From an uncultured Gammaproteobacteria bacterium (GTDB lineage: Bacteria; Pseudomonadota; Gammaproteobacteria; GCA-001735895), in contig CALDDP010000110.1 of NCBI GenBank assembly GCA_937936805.1, positions 1-46,034 on the forward strand: DNA of 46,034 nt, given 5' to 3'. Below the pieces are notes generated by a model that saw nothing but the letters and a program-made list of their open reading frames with translations, was not told the origin of the DNA and searched no databases. The translations under genes and the position numbers were made by a program. Of this stretch, positions 8,820-19,581 are shown piece by piece (positions within the stretch are counted from its first letter, which is position 1; each line of letters begins with the position of its first letter).

Positions 8820-11077
8820 TTGCCCGCGCGGATCAGCCCTCCAAGCCCACGCTGATCAAGTTTGCCGGCGTACATTTCACGAATCATGAAGGCATCCGAC
8901 ATGGATAACGCCCGCTGCAGCATTTCGATCAGCTCAGCATGACTGAAAGACATGATGACCTTCTTCGCGCGCAGCAGACTGCCAACACTCATCGAAAGAC
9001 TGTCTATACCCATACCCAGCAATGCCATAACCCCCAGCGGATCGCCCGCGAGCTCACCGCAAACGCTGACGGGCGTAGTGCTGAGTGCGGCTCCCTCGAC
9101 GATCTGGCACATCGCTTTCAGGACGGCGGGGTGCAACGAAGAATAGAGATCGGCAACATTTTCATTATTGCGATCGACCGCGAGCAGGTACTGCGTCAGA
9201 TCGTTGGTACCAATGGAAACAAAGTCGACCATCGAACAGATATCCTCGATCTGGTAGACGGCTGACGGCACTTCGATCATGGCCCCGATTTTGGGCAGCC
9301 ATATGGTCTCGCCAAGTTCTTCCTCGATTTCGTCACGCACTCGATTAATCAGTACCAGTGATTCAACCAGCTCGGCCTTGCCACTGATCATTGGCAACAG
9401 GATTTCCAGATTGTTAACGCCGACATTGGCGCGGATCATCGCACGCACCTGGGTTACGAAAATCTCTGGATGATCGAGCGTTATACGCACACCACGCCAC
9501 CCTAAAAAGGGGTTGGCCTCATCAATCGGGAAATAACTCAGGGGCTTGTCACCACCAACGTCGAGGGTACGCAACACCACCGGCATCCCTTTGAAAGTAT
9601 CCAGCACATCCTTGTAAATAAGATATTGCTCCTCTTCACTGGGGAAGCGGTCACGGATTTGAAACGGGATCTCGGTGCGATAAAGCCCCACTCCTTCGGC
9701 ACCGCTACGCAGCGACGGCGTGTGATCTGACATCAAACCCGAATTGACTAACAGGGTCACCTGACGCTGATCGAGCGTAACCGCGGACTGGTTCTTGAGC
9801 CCCAGCAGGTCCTGTTCGATCGCCGCTTCCTCTTCAAGATACTTGCTGTACTCGTCGAGCACAGAATTATCCGGGTTGATAAAAGCCGAACCGTTATAAC
9901 CGTCGACAACAAGTTTAACCCCGTCGAGTTGCTTCACCGGCAGGTTGGGTACGCCCATAACAGCGGGCACACCCAGCGCATGCGCAAGAATTGCAACATG
10001 CGAGGAACTGCTGCCATGCGCGGATACGATGCCGCTCAGGCAGTCCAGCGGAACATCGGCCAGATCGGTCGCGGTTACTTCATCGCCAACCAGAATAGTC
10101 TGGTCAGGAAAGTCGAGGTACAGACTTTGCTCAAGCATTAATTTGCGCAGAACACGCAAACCCAGATCGCGAATATCGTTTGCACGCTCAGCCAGGTAGC
10201 GATCCTCCATCTGGGTAAAGACATAAGCATGCTGTTCGACTGTATCTCGCCAGCTGGATGGAGCCCAGTTACCCGCAGCGATACTTTTCTCAGTGTCATC
10301 GATCAGTGACCCGCCGCTCAGCATTTGCGCATAGGCAAGAAACAGGGCGCACTCTTCTTCCGGCAGCGAGGCTCGCATCTTTTCCCCCTGCTCGGTCAGT
10401 TCCTCACAAACCTTGCGCACCGCTTCCCTGAAACTGCTTAACTCACCCTCGATATCAGTGGTCTTCTTGTCGGGCACCGATTCCAGGTTTACCCCGCGAT
10501 TGAGCACCATGGCCTGGCCTATGGCCATGCCCGGGGCACCTGCCACGCCCTTTATCATGTGGGTGGTCTGCTCGGTACTGAAACGGCCCTGGCTTTCGGC
10601 GCGCTCGATCGAGGTCGCAAGCTGCGCCGCGAGGGTGGTCAGGTAAGCCTCTTCGTCTTCGTTAAAGGCATTTTCGGCGCGCTGTATCGAGATAACCCCT
10701 AACACCTCGCGGTGGGCGATTATCGGCACACCGAGATAAATCGGGAATTCGACCTCACCGGAATCGGGCACCAGCATGAATTTCTTGTGCCTGGGGGCAT
10801 CGAGCAGGTTCATCGCTTCTGCGCGTGCAGCGATAGTTCCGACCAGGCCCTGGTCCAGTTTGCGCTTTACCTTGCCAATAATTTCAGGATTCAGGCCTTC
10901 ACATGCCTTTAGAACCAACAGATTCGGCTCGTTTTTATCGGCGAGAAAGATGGTGCAGGCATCGGCACTAAGGTCCTGGATCAGACTCCCTGTAATCAAC
11001 ACAAGCGCATGATCGATATCAGGGGCCCGGTTGACCTCCTGTACGATGCGTTGCAACCTGTGAATCATCGATGGCAC
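8816..11077 (-). CDS. ptsP: PEP-protein phosphotransferase EI(Ntr)
   Basis: N-terminal GAF domain, SSHVAIL phospho-His, GLYRTE, NPFLGWRG, SIGTNDLTQY. Lies downstream of rppH. Confidence 0.97.
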   Translation of the reverse strand: MPSMIHRLQRIVQEVNRAPDIDHALVLITGSLIQDLSADACTIFLADKNEPNLLVLKACEGLNPEIIGKVKRKLDQGLVGTIAARAEAMNLLDAPRHKKFMLVPDSGEVEFPIYLGVPIIAHREVLGVISIQRAENAFNEDEEAYLTTLAAQLATSIERAESQGRFSTEQTTHMIKGVAGAPGMAIGQAMVLNRGVNLESVPDKKTTDIEGELSSFREAVRKVCEELTEQGEKMRASLPEEECALFLAYAQMLSGGSLIDDTEKSIAAGNWAPSSWRDTVEQHAYVFTQMEDRYLAERANDIRDLGLRVLRKLMLEQSLYLDFPDQTILVGDEVTATDLADVPLDCLSGIVSAHGSSSSHVAILAHALGVPAVMGVPNLPVKQLDGVKLVVDGYNGSAFINPDNSVLDEYSKYLEEEAAIEQDLLGLKNQSAVTLDQRQVTLLVNSGLMSDHTPSLRSGAEGVGLYRTEIPFQIRDRFPSEEEQYLIYKDVLDTFKGMPVVLRTLDVGGDKPLSYFPIDEANPFLGWRGVRITLDHPEIFVTQVRAMIRANVGVNNLEILLPMISGKAELVESLVLINRVRDEIEEELGETIWLPKIGAMIEVPSAVYQIEDICSMVDFVSIGTNDLTQYLLAVDRNNENVADLYSSLHPAVLKAMCQIVEGAALSTTPVSVCGELAGDPLGVMALLGMGIDSLSMSVGSLLRAKKVIMSFSHAELIEMLQRALSMSDAFMIREMYAGKLDQRGLGGLIRAGK

Positions 11078-11104
11078 TTAAATTATCCCTTCCGCAATAG
11101 TAAA

Positions 11105-11596
11105 TCAGCCGTCTGCTTTAACAGTTGGCGATGGTAGTCCGGACTCCAGTTGAGCCAGCGCGCACTGGTATACTCGACGCTTGAAAAATATCACGTTCTC
11201 TACCGGGTACCAGTAGTCGACCCATTCCCAGTGATCAAACTCCGGCGTTTCCGATGCCGCCAGATCGAAACTCGTTTCATCTGCTTCGAGCCGCAACAGG
11301 TACCAGAGCTGCTTCTGTCCGACGCAGCGGGGCTCCGAACGCCGCATAAGTCGTTTCGGTAACTTATAGCGTAGCCAGCTATCGGTAGCAGCCAGCAGCG
11401 AAACACTGTCTGCTTCCAGCCCGGTTTCCTCCCAGAGTTCACGGTACATCGCATCGCGGGGATTTTCATTGGCAGCAATTCCGCCTTGCGGAAATTGCCA
11501 GGCATCCTGCCCGATACGCCTTGCCCACATTACCTGACCTGCATCGTTACACAAGACTATTCCTACGTTTGCGCGGTATCCATCTGTATCAATCAT
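11105..11596 (-). CDS. rppH: RNA pyrophosphohydrolase
   Basis: Family N-terminus [13 protein letters not shown] (start moved to 11596), Nudix box QGGI...[21 protein letters not shown]. Confidence 0.95.
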   Translation of the reverse strand: MIDTDGYRANVGIVLCNDAGQVMWARRIGQDAWQFPQGGIAANENPRDAMYRELWEETGLEADSVSLLAATDSWLRYKLPKRLMRRSEPRCVGQKQLWYLLRLEADETSFDLAASETPEFDHWEWVDYWYPVENVIFFKRRVYQCALAQLESGLPSPTVKADG

Positions 11597-11688
11597 TTCT
11601 TCGGTCGCTATAAATCGTTTAGAATTTGCATCGCCCATTCTGACATATACATTCTGAAACCAGCAAGTTACGACACCGGAAGCCAGCC

Positions 11689-12342
11689 ATGACACTCGCA
11701 ATATTCGATCTCGATCACACACTTATCACCGGTGACAGCGACTATCTCTGGGGTGAATACATGGTTGAAAACAACATTGTCGACGAACAGGAGTATCGCG
11801 CACAAAACGAAATTTACTACCAGGATTATCAGCGCGGAACGCTCAACAGCGACGAGTACCTCGAATTTGCGCTTAAACCGCTAACGCAGTTCTCTATCGA
11901 AGAACTGCATGCCTGGCGTTCCGATTTTGTAGAAAACTGGATTAAGCCGATAATCGCGCCGGGCGCCCGTGAACTGCTCGATGAGCATCGCAGGCAGAAC
12001 CACGAATTGCTCATCATAAGTGCGACCAACCTGTTTGTGACCGCACCGGTAGCGCAGTTACTCGGCGTACCAACGGTACTTTCCACCGAGCCGGAGATTA
12101 TCGATAACCGCTACACAGGGCGCTATCTCGGCACCCCGACCTACCAGAAAGGCAAGGTAACCGCGCTATGGGAATGGCTCTCCGGTTCCGCACACAGCAT
12201 GGACGGAAGTTATTTCTATAGCGATTCGATCAACGACCTGGCACTGCTGGAACAGGTTGACCACCCGATCACAGTTCATCCGGACGACGAACTGGAAGCC
12301 ATCGCCGAAGATCGTGGCTGGCCAATCATCAACCTGCACTAG
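11689..12342 (+). CDS. HAD-IB family phosphatase (SerB-like / histidinol-phosphatase-like)
   Basis: [25 protein letters not shown] motifs. Divergent from rppH. Confidence 0.88.
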   Translation: MTLAIFDLDHTLITGDSDYLWGEYMVENNIVDEQEYRAQNEIYYQDYQRGTLNSDEYLEFALKPLTQFSIEELHAWRSDFVENWIKPIIAPGARELLDEHRRQNHELLIISATNLFVTAPVAQLLGVPTVLSTEPEIIDNRYTGRYLGTPTYQKGKVTALWEWLSGSAHSMDGSYFYSDSINDLALLEQVDHPITVHPDDELEAIAEDRGWPIINLH

Positions 12343-12370
12343 TTACAGCTTTCCAGAAAGACGGCGAGAC

Positions 12371-12937
12371 TCAGGCTTTGGGCAGGGTTACTCCCTGTTG
12401 TCCCTGATACTTGCCACCGCGGTCCTTGTACGAAATTTCACAGACCTCGTCCGCCTCGTAGAACAGCATTTGCGCGACGCCCTCATTAGCGTAAATTTTC
12501 GCCGGCAGTGGAGTCGTGTTGGAAAATTCGAGGGTGACGTGTCCCTCCCATTCGGGTTCCAGCGGCGTAACATTAACGATGATACCGCAGCGAGCATAGG
12601 TCGATTTACCCAGGCAGATCGTTAGCACACTGCGGGGGATGCGGAAGTACTCTACGGTACGCGCCAGCGCAAAGGAGTTTGGCGGAATAATGCAGACATC
12701 GGACTGGATATCGACAAAACTATTGTCATCGAAGTTTTTCGGATCGACGATTGCCGAATTGATATTAGTGAATATCTTGAATTCGTCAGCGCAACGCACA
12801 TCGTAGCCATAGCTCGAAGTACCATAGGAAATAATACGACCGTTTCCGGATTCTCGAATCTGACCCGATTCGAAGGGTTCGATCATGCCTTCCGCCTCTG
12901 ACATTCGACGAATCCAGCGGTCCGATTTAATACTCAC
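12371..12937 (-). CDS. dcd: dCTP deaminase
   Basis: [39 protein letters not shown]. Confidence 0.97.
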   Translation of the reverse strand: MSIKSDRWIRRMSEAEGMIEPFESGQIRESGNGRIISYGTSSYGYDVRCADEFKIFTNINSAIVDPKNFDDNSFVDIQSDVCIIPPNSFALARTVEYFRIPRSVLTICLGKSTYARCGIIVNVTPLEPEWEGHVTLEFSNTTPLPAKIYANEGVAQMLFYEADEVCEISYKDRGGKYQGQQGVTLPKA

Positions 12938-13074
12938 AGCCTAATCCCGTAGAAAAAGGCGCAGTATATCCGCTCCTGGGGATCGACGTCGATTGCGATT
13001 CCGGATTTAGCCCTGGATGCAAACTATTTCTGCACCTCTATACTCTGATCATTACCCTCTTAAGCGATGAGTTT

Positions 13075-13101
13075 TAAGGCTTTCGCGCGAGATGCCGATA
13101 T
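13075..13101 (+). promoter_or_regulatory. Putative sigma28 (FliA) promoter
   Basis: TAAG-N15-GCCGATAT versus consensus TAAA-N15-GCCGATAA. Confidence 0.55.
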
Positions 13102-13108
13102 CAATACA

Positions 13109-15451
13109 ATGGCTGAATTAACCCAAACCCGGCAAAAACCGGCCTTCTGGTTCAAAGCGTTGTGGCAAATGCTCCGTTTTCGCCTCGCGCGCAAGTTATT
13201 CATGGTGGTTTTTGCCGCCATTGTCGTTATCGAATTCATCATCGTAATTCCTTCGTACAGCAACTTCGAGTCTTCGCAACTGGCTAATTACCGCGAAATC
13301 GCACGCATCGCCACGTCGGCTTCACTGACCCACCATTCCCATGAAAGCGACGCGTTGACGCAAGACCTGGAGAACCTGATATCGGCCGACGCTCGCCTGC
13401 TGGGCGCCAGCGCGCTAGATGCTTCGGGTCGGCAGATCGCCAGCGCAGGCGAACCCGTGAATCTGACATTAACAAGGGCACAGTCGTCGCAGAGCAATTT
13501 ATCCGGCAACACCCCTGGTTTCGAGGTTTTCTTGCCGGCGCTCGAAACCGGTGCCGAGAATGACGTAATAGTGCGCATGGATGCACGCCTTATCGCCGAT
13601 GAGCTCGATGCGTTCCTGGTACGAATCCTGGGCCTGACCCTGATAATATGCGCGGTTGCCGGCTCCATTGTTTTCTTTTACGTCGTCTTCAACCTGCTAC
13701 ACCCGCTCGAGGAGATCCACGAAAATCTGAAACTGGCCAAACGCGATCCGGCGCGGGCAGACGCTTACGAAATTCATCACTCGCGCCACGACGAACTCGG
13801 CGAAACTATCGACCTGCTCAACGACGCGTTACGCGAAATTGGCGAAAGCCATCGCAGCGACGTCGCCTTTCAGGAACAACGCCTGCGCGACTTTGCTGCA
13901 TCGGGTTCCGACTGGTTCTGGGAGATGGATGAAGATCTCCGATTCAGCTACTTTTCCGAGAGTTTTGAAGCTGTGACAGGAGTTCGGCCAGAAGCCTTAC
14001 TCGGCAAGACACGGAGCGAGACCGGTGTCCCGGAGATAGAGGCCGATGCCTGGCAGGCCCATCTCGAAACACTTGAAAATCACCAACCGTTTCGTGGATT
14101 CACCCATCCACGGTACAAATCCGATAGTGAAAAGGTATGGCTTTCAATCAGTGGAGTACCGATTTTTCACCCTGACGGTGATTTTGCGGGCTATCGCGGC
14201 ACGGGTTCCGATATCACCGCCCTGCATCAAACACAGCAGGATTTGATCGAGGCCAAGGAGGCGGCTGAACAGGGTAATCGTGCCAAATCGGAATTTCTGG
14301 CGATCATGAGCCACGAAATCCGCACCCCGATGAATGGCGTCATCGGCATGACCGACCTGCTGATGGACAGCAAGCTGGATGACAAGCAAAAGCACTTTGC
14401 GCAGATAATACAGGATTCCGGCACGGCATTGATGCGGATCATCAACGATATTCTGGATCTGTCCAGGCTCGAGGCGCAACGCATCACCCTCGAACAGGCT
14501 GAATTCGAATACTCGAGCGTTGTTTCAGGCGTAGTCGATATCCTGAGCCCCCAGGCCAGAGACAAGGGAATCGAGCTCAACTATGAAATTGATGCGCAAG
14601 TACACGGAAGCTACCTGGGCGACTACGGCCGCCTGCGCCAGGTTATAGTTAACCTGGTTGGCAACGCGATCAAGTTCACCCGCCATGGCTCTGTTTCCAT
14701 CAAAATTGATCGCGTTGGCGGTGACACTGACCTTCCCCGCCTGCGCACCGAAATCAACGATACCGGCATCGGCATTCCAGCGGATGCGCTCGCCAAACTG
14801 TTCCAAAGCTTTACCCAGGTGGATGCTTCGACGTCGCGGCGCTATGGCGGCACCGGCCTGGGTCTCGCAATCTGCCGTAAAATTATTGAAACCATGGGGG
14901 GTGAAATCGGGGTTTCGAGCACGCAAGGGGAAGGCAGCCAATTCTGGTTCGAAGTCTTATTGCCACGCTTCGACCCCGGGGCTTACGACGAAGATCGGGA
15001 AGACACCCTGACGATTATACCCGGTCAGCAGTTCAAGACCGATCAAACCGGGGCCCAGCTGAAGATTCTCGTAGTAGACGACGTACCGGTGAACCAGATC
15101 GTGGTCGAAAAAATGCTGGATAGCCTGGGCTACCAGGTTGATACCGCAGGTAACGGTTTCGAAGCTGTCGAGGCGGTAGAATCGAAGCACTACGACCTGA
15201 TTTTTATGGACATACAAATGCCTGAAATGGACGGCATTGAAGCCACCCGTCTAATTCGCAAGCTGGACATGGAGAAAAGCAGCATTCCGATCGTAGCGAT
15301 CACCGCAAACACCCAGGATAGCGATCGTGACTCCTGCATCGAGGTCGGCATGAATGATTTCATTGCCAAGCCATTCGTCAAAAAGCAGCTGGCCGCGTTG
15401 CTCAGGCGTTTTTTCCCGGCAGCCGAGCTCGGCAGCCGCAAGGCCAGCTAG
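13109..15451 (+). CDS. Hybrid sensor histidine kinase (2TM-HAMP-PAS-HisKA-HATPase-REC)
   Basis: SDWFWEMD PAS, MSHEIRTPMNG H-box, NLVGNAIKFT, DTGIG, GGTGLGL and MDIQMPEMDG receiver. Start at 13109 preferred; the ORF track uses 13067. Confidence 0.92.
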   Translation: MAELTQTRQKPAFWFKALWQMLRFRLARKLFMVVFAAIVVIEFIIVIPSYSNFESSQLANYREIARIATSASLTHHSHESDALTQDLENLISADARLLGASALDASGRQIASAGEPVNLTLTRAQSSQSNLSGNTPGFEVFLPALETGAENDVIVRMDARLIADELDAFLVRILGLTLIICAVAGSIVFFYVVFNLLHPLEEIHENLKLAKRDPARADAYEIHHSRHDELGETIDLLNDALREIGESHRSDVAFQEQRLRDFAASGSDWFWEMDEDLRFSYFSESFEAVTGVRPEALLGKTRSETGVPEIEADAWQAHLETLENHQPFRGFTHPRYKSDSEKVWLSISGVPIFHPDGDFAGYRGTGSDITALHQTQQDLIEAKEAAEQGNRAKSEFLAIMSHEIRTPMNGVIGMTDLLMDSKLDDKQKHFAQIIQDSGTALMRIINDILDLSRLEAQRITLEQAEFEYSSVVSGVVDILSPQARDKGIELNYEIDAQVHGSYLGDYGRLRQVIVNLVGNAIKFTRHGSVSIKIDRVGGDTDLPRLRTEINDTGIGIPADALAKLFQSFTQVDASTSRRYGGTGLGLAICRKIIETMGGEIGVSSTQGEGSQFWFEVLLPRFDPGAYDEDREDTLTIIPGQQFKTDQTGAQLKILVVDDVPVNQIVVEKMLDSLGYQVDTAGNGFEAVEAVESKHYDLIFMDIQMPEMDGIEATRLIRKLDMEKSSIPIVAITANTQDSDRDSCIEVGMNDFIAKPFVKKQLAALLRRFFPAAELGSRKAS

Positions 15452-16341
15452 ATACTGCGCTCGCGAAAATGCGCATAAAGCGTGTCACTGAGAACCCGGA
15501 CTCGTTGCGATACTAACCTGCCTGGCGGGTAAACCGCGTACATACCGGTTACCTGCCTGGTGAAACCGGTCAGGATCTGCACCAGTTCGCCGCGCTCGAT
15601 CGCATCCTGCAGAAAAGCCAGCGGACCACTGACAATGCCCTGCCCATGCCTGGCAACAGCGGCCAGAAATTCACCATTGTTGGCGCTCAGACGATATTTC
15701 ATTCTCGGGCTGACGCGTTTACCGTCCTGCTGGTAAAACCATTGTCGCCCTACTGCTACATTGCTATACACCAGCACCTCATGCGCCGGCAATTCGGCGG
15801 GATGCTGTGGTTCGCCGAATCTGGCAAGATATGCGGGGCTTGCGCAAATCGCAAAATGCACGCTGGCCAGTTTACGCGCGATCAAACTTGAGTCTTCCAG
15901 GTCTCCAACCCGAATCGCGAGATCGATATTTTCCTCGACCAGATCAATCTGGCGATCGTTCAAATCGACTTCGATTACGATCTCCGGATTATCGTCCATG
16001 AACTGACTGATCGGTTCAGCAAGCTCGCTCGCACCCAGACCCAGCGGCAGCGCAAGCCTGATCTTGCCAGCTACGCGACATTGCGTATCGGCAACAACCT
16101 GCTCGGCCTCGTTCAAATCGGCGAGAATTTGCAGCGCACGTTGATGAAACTCGCGCCCGGCTTCGGTCAGAGACTGGCGTCGAGTGGTACGCTGCAATAG
16201 CTGTACCCCGAGTCTTCTTTCGAGTTCGCTGACCCGACGACTCACCATCGACTTGGCGATGCCGAGTTTTTCACCGGCATTACCAAAGCCGTGGAAGTCG
16301 ACCACGGCCACAAAAGCCTCGAGCTCCTCCAGGCGATTCAT
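15448..16341 (-). CDS. LysR-family transcriptional regulator (DmlR/CrgA-like)
   Basis: HTH ...LERRLGVQLLQRTTRRQSLTEAG and DLVEENIDLAIR. Divergent from doxX-azoR-pirin. Confidence 0.95.
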   Translation of the reverse strand: MNRLEELEAFVAVVDFHGFGNAGEKLGIAKSMVSRRVSELERRLGVQLLQRTTRRQSLTEAGREFHQRALQILADLNEAEQVVADTQCRVAGKIRLALPLGLGASELAEPISQFMDDNPEIVIEVDLNDRQIDLVEENIDLAIRVGDLEDSSLIARKLASVHFAICASPAYLARFGEPQHPAELPAHEVLVYSNVAVGRQWFYQQDGKRVSPRMKYRLSANNGEFLAAVARHGQGIVSGPLAFLQDAIERGELVQILTGFTRQVTGMYAVYPPGRLVSQRVRVLSDTLYAHFRERSI

Positions 16342-16406
16342 ATTGTTCTCATATTAGCAATTATAATATACAAATTAGCATATATATTAATTTATTGAGA
16401 ACAATA
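16341..16406. promoter_or_regulatory. Probable LysR operator region
   Basis: AT-rich divergent spacer with ATTGTT-N8-AGCAAT (contains T-N11-A) and an 11-bp inverted repeat TATTGTTCTCA (16341-16351) / TGAGAACAATA (16396-16406). Confidence 0.6.
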
Positions 16407-16442
16407 ATAATAGCGACATTACTAAACACAGAGGTGCAAAAA

Positions 16443-16847
16443 ATGGATTCAAAAACTTTAAGCAACGCTTCCATGTTGACTGGTCGGATCATGCTGTCGG
16501 CAATTTTCATCATCGCCGGCTTCGGCAAGATCGGTGCCGACTACGCCGGCACACAGGCTTACATGGATTCGGTCGGCGTGCCGGGGCCCTTGCTACCCGC
16601 GGTAATCGCTGTCGAAATCCTGGGGGGAATCGCGATATTAATCGGATTTCAGACTCGAATCGCCGCTGCGCTTCTATTCGGATTCACGTTATCGGCCGCA
16701 TTACTGTTTCACAGCGACTTCAACCAACAGATGCAATCAATTCTATTTATGAAAAACATCGCCATCGCCGGAGCATTCCTGGTGCTGTATGCACAGGGTC
16801 CGGGCCAATGGGCTCTTAATCCACAGCCAAAACTGCAGGAGGCCTGA
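16443..16847 (+). CDS. DoxX family membrane protein
   Basis: GRIMLSAIFIIAGFGK, EILGG, FMKNIAIAGAFL. GAGG ribosome-binding site before ATG 16443. Confidence 0.92.
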   Translation: MDSKTLSNASMLTGRIMLSAIFIIAGFGKIGADYAGTQAYMDSVGVPGPLLPAVIAVEILGGIAILIGFQTRIAAALLFGFTLSAALLFHSDFNQQMQSILFMKNIAIAGAFLVLYAQGPGQWALNPQPKLQEA

Positions 16848-16849
16848 TC

Positions 16850-17461
16850 ATGCAACACGTGAAAAGAATTTTACGACTCGACGCAAGCGCCAACCCCGAT
16901 GAATCGGACAGCAGCAAGCTCGGTGACCACCTGATCAGGCGGCTAAAGCAGGCCGATCCGGACGCGGATACTCGTGAGCGGAATCTTAACCAGCAGTTAT
17001 CGTTTATCGACAGTAGCTGGATAGCAGCCAACTTCACCGCCAAAGGAGAACGTAGTGATGATCAATCGGCACGCCTCAGCCTTTCCGATCAACTCATTGC
17101 CGAGCTGGACTGGGCCGACCATATTGTGCTGACCACACCAATGTACAACTTCGGTGTTCCGGCAACGCTGAAGGCCTGGATCGACCTGGTGTGTCGCGCC
17201 GGCATCACTTTCCGTTATGGTGCAGACGGACCCGAAGGTCTGCTCAAAGGTAAACGTGTCGATATCGTCATTACGACCGGGGGCGCGCCGCTGGGCAGCC
17301 CGGTAGACTTCGTCAGCGGCTACCTGCGACAGGTGTTTGCTTTCATTGGCATCGACGATGTTAATATCATTGGCGCCGATCAAATGAACGTCGATGCCAA
17401 AGCGAGCTTCGCTCGGGCGATAACGCAAATCGAACAATATTATCCGGCCTTCGCGGCCTAG
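16850..17461 (+). CDS. azoR: FMN-dependent NADH-azoreductase
   Basis: PMYNFGVPATLKAWID, AGITFRY...GPEGLL.GK. Confidence 0.9.
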   Translation: MQHVKRILRLDASANPDESDSSKLGDHLIRRLKQADPDADTRERNLNQQLSFIDSSWIAANFTAKGERSDDQSARLSLSDQLIAELDWADHIVLTTPMYNFGVPATLKAWIDLVCRAGITFRYGADGPEGLLKGKRVDIVITTGGAPLGSPVDFVSGYLRQVFAFIGIDDVNIIGADQMNVDAKASFARAITQIEQYYPAFAA

Positions 17462-17466
17462 GGGGA

Positions 17467-18315
17467 ATGATGAATACACGCAAGGTAAAACAGGTTGTCA
17501 GCGGACAGGCAACTACCGATGGCGCCGGAGTGGAACTGGTTCGGGTAATCGGCCAACCCGCGCTGATGGATCTCGACCCTTTCCTGCTGCTGGATGCATT
17601 CCGCTCGGATGACCCGGACGATTATATCGCCGGCTTTCCGCCCCACCCACATCGAGGTTTCGAAACCGTAACCTACCTGCTTAATGGTCGCATGCGCCAC
17701 CAGGATAACGCCGGCAACGAGGGTGTCATCGAGCCCGGTGGCATCCAGTGGATGACGGCCGGCAAGGGCATTGTGCATTCGGAGATGCCGGAACAGCAGG
17801 ATGGAATGCTCGAAGGCTTCCAGCTGTGGATCAATCTGCCGGGGTCGCACAAGATGACCGCGCCCGCCTACCAGGAGCATGACGCGGCAGATATCCCGAC
17901 CGAATCAAGAGACGGTAGCGTGATCAAGGTAATCAGCGGCCAGACTTCGCGGGGCACATCAGGCCCCGTAAGCCAGCCGCTAACCGATCCCCTTTATGTT
18001 GACGTATCGCTGCAACCCGACAGCGCATTTGTGGAAGAGATCGCCGCTGATCACAATGCTTTTATCTATGTCATCGACGGTGAGGTCGTGCTCGAAGACA
18101 CCAACTTGACGCAACTCAGCCTCGGTCGCGATCAGTTAGCCGTGCTGGATCAGGGTGACTCTATCGCGCTGCGCAGTGGCAATCGGGAAACGCGGTTTTT
18201 GCTGGTTTCCGGCAAACCACTTAACGAACCGGTGGCGCGTGGCGGGCCGTTTGTCATGAACACCGAAGCCGAGATACGCCAGGCTTTCAGCGATTACCAA
18301 CGCGGTAATTTCTGA
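17467..18315 (+). CDS. Pirin family protein
   Basis: DPFLLLD, GFPPHPHRGFETVTY, QWMTAGKGIVHSE, GPFVMNT. Confidence 0.95.
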   Translation: MMNTRKVKQVVSGQATTDGAGVELVRVIGQPALMDLDPFLLLDAFRSDDPDDYIAGFPPHPHRGFETVTYLLNGRMRHQDNAGNEGVIEPGGIQWMTAGKGIVHSEMPEQQDGMLEGFQLWINLPGSHKMTAPAYQEHDAADIPTESRDGSVIKVISGQTSRGTSGPVSQPLTDPLYVDVSLQPDSAFVEEIAADHNAFIYVIDGEVVLEDTNLTQLSLGRDQLAVLDQGDSIALRSGNRETRFLLVSGKPLNEPVARGGPFVMNTEAEIRQAFSDYQRGNF

Positions 18316-18546
18316 TCCAGAAAATCGGCGACTAACGCGGGGAGCCGGTTAAATTGACGATTACTTGCAGACGAGGATGGATCCATATACGACCCTGAAA
18401 CAAAGTTGGCGATAATCCGCGCTTGTACAGTGCCAGTTCCAGCTTAATATGTAATCTCACGCTAAGGATGCATTCCTTCTAGTGTATATTAAGGGGTCTT
18501 CGGCCTTTGCAAGTGGGCCGGCAGGGAGCATAAAGGAGGATCAGAG

Positions 18547-18972
18547 ATGGCAATTAAGGGTGGATGCCTGTGTGGCAAAATTCGCTACCAAATTAGCGGA
18601 CGACTTTTTGATGCAAGTAACTGCCATTGCTCTATGTGCAGGCGGCAGCATGGTGCAGCATTTGTAACCTATGCTGATTTCAATCCAGACGAATTTAAAT
18701 GGCTATCGGGAGAAGATCTTGTCAGGATATATGAACCGTTACCTGGTGCTGGTTGGTGTTTTTGTAGTCAATGTGGTTCGTCACTGGCGGGAACTGACAA
18801 GGGCAAAATCACTTCGATAACATTGGCTACCGTGGAGGGTGACCCTGGCATAAATCCGGAATCACATATATTCGTGGGCTCCGCAGCCGAGTGGTACCAG
18901 ATAAATGACGATCTCCCGCAATTCGATGAATGGCCTCCCGAGACACAGGGACCATCCGACAAAGCCCGCTGA
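18547..18972 (+). CDS. GFA/CENP-V family Zn-binding protein
   Basis: GGCLCG, CHCSMCRR, FCSQCGS, HIFVGS. Strong AAGGAGG ribosome-binding site. Confidence 0.92.
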   Translation: MAIKGGCLCGKIRYQISGRLFDASNCHCSMCRRQHGAAFVTYADFNPDEFKWLSGEDLVRIYEPLPGAGWCFCSQCGSSLAGTDKGKITSITLATVEGDPGINPESHIFVGSAAEWYQINDDLPQFDEWPPETQGPSDKAR

Positions 18973-18987
18973 CAGCTACCTGTCAGC
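18968..18987 (+). terminator. Stem-loop after the GFA gene
   Basis: GCTGACAG-ctac-CTGTCAGC followed by TATTAT. Confidence 0.4.
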
Positions 18988-19161
18988 TATTATCAGTATC
19001 GTCGAGAACGGGTGCGAGTATCTATATCGGGTCGTTTACGGTGCTCAGGGTAAACTTGCGGGCGTCGGCATTACAGTCTGGCATTCACAATCAGCGAGAG
19101 TTGTTATACCTTGCTTGCTGTACCGAATAAGAAAACATTAAATTCTATGGTTCGGATTCAA

Positions 19162-19581
19162 ATGAGACTATTCGCACTGGTGATTCTATCTGTGCTGGCA
19201 ACGGCCGCAAGCGCTGACCCGTGGTTGTGTATTACGGAACAAACCACGGGTTTCGTCTTCAAAAACGGCAACTGGGAGCCGGGAAGATTTACCGTCGAAG
19301 ATAGTCAATATATCCTGCGTAAACTCACAGAAAGCGATTTTTACTATAGAGGAGAGAACAGGTACGGCCTGTTTCTGCTGGAAACGGATCTGGTAGGGAC
19401 GCCTTGCGGCCCTCCCTCGATTTCTGGAAATATTTTCTGTGAAGACAATCTCAGGCAGTTTAAATTCTCCACCAAATCCGGGAGATTTCTGATGACGCAT
19501 ACGAGCGGATATTGGGAAAGCCTGGCCGATGATGAATCCCATACTCCACTAATCTCGCTAGGGCGTTGTTCAACGATATGA
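19162..19581 (+). CDS. Hypothetical exported protein with 4 Cys
   Basis: Signal peptide MRLFALVILSVLATAASA. ATGA overlap with the next gene. Confidence 0.75.
   Translation: MRLFALVILSVLATAASADPWLCITEQTTGFVFKNGNWEPGRFTVEDSQYILRKLTESDFYYRGENRYGLFLLETDLVGTPCGPPSISGNIFCEDNLRQFKFSTKSGRFLMTHTSGYWESLADDESHTPLISLGRCSTI

Noticed and set aside
11597-11722. N-terminal extension of RppH in the ORF track
   Set aside because: It overlaps the divergent HAD gene, and the family N-terminus MID.DGYR starts at 11596.
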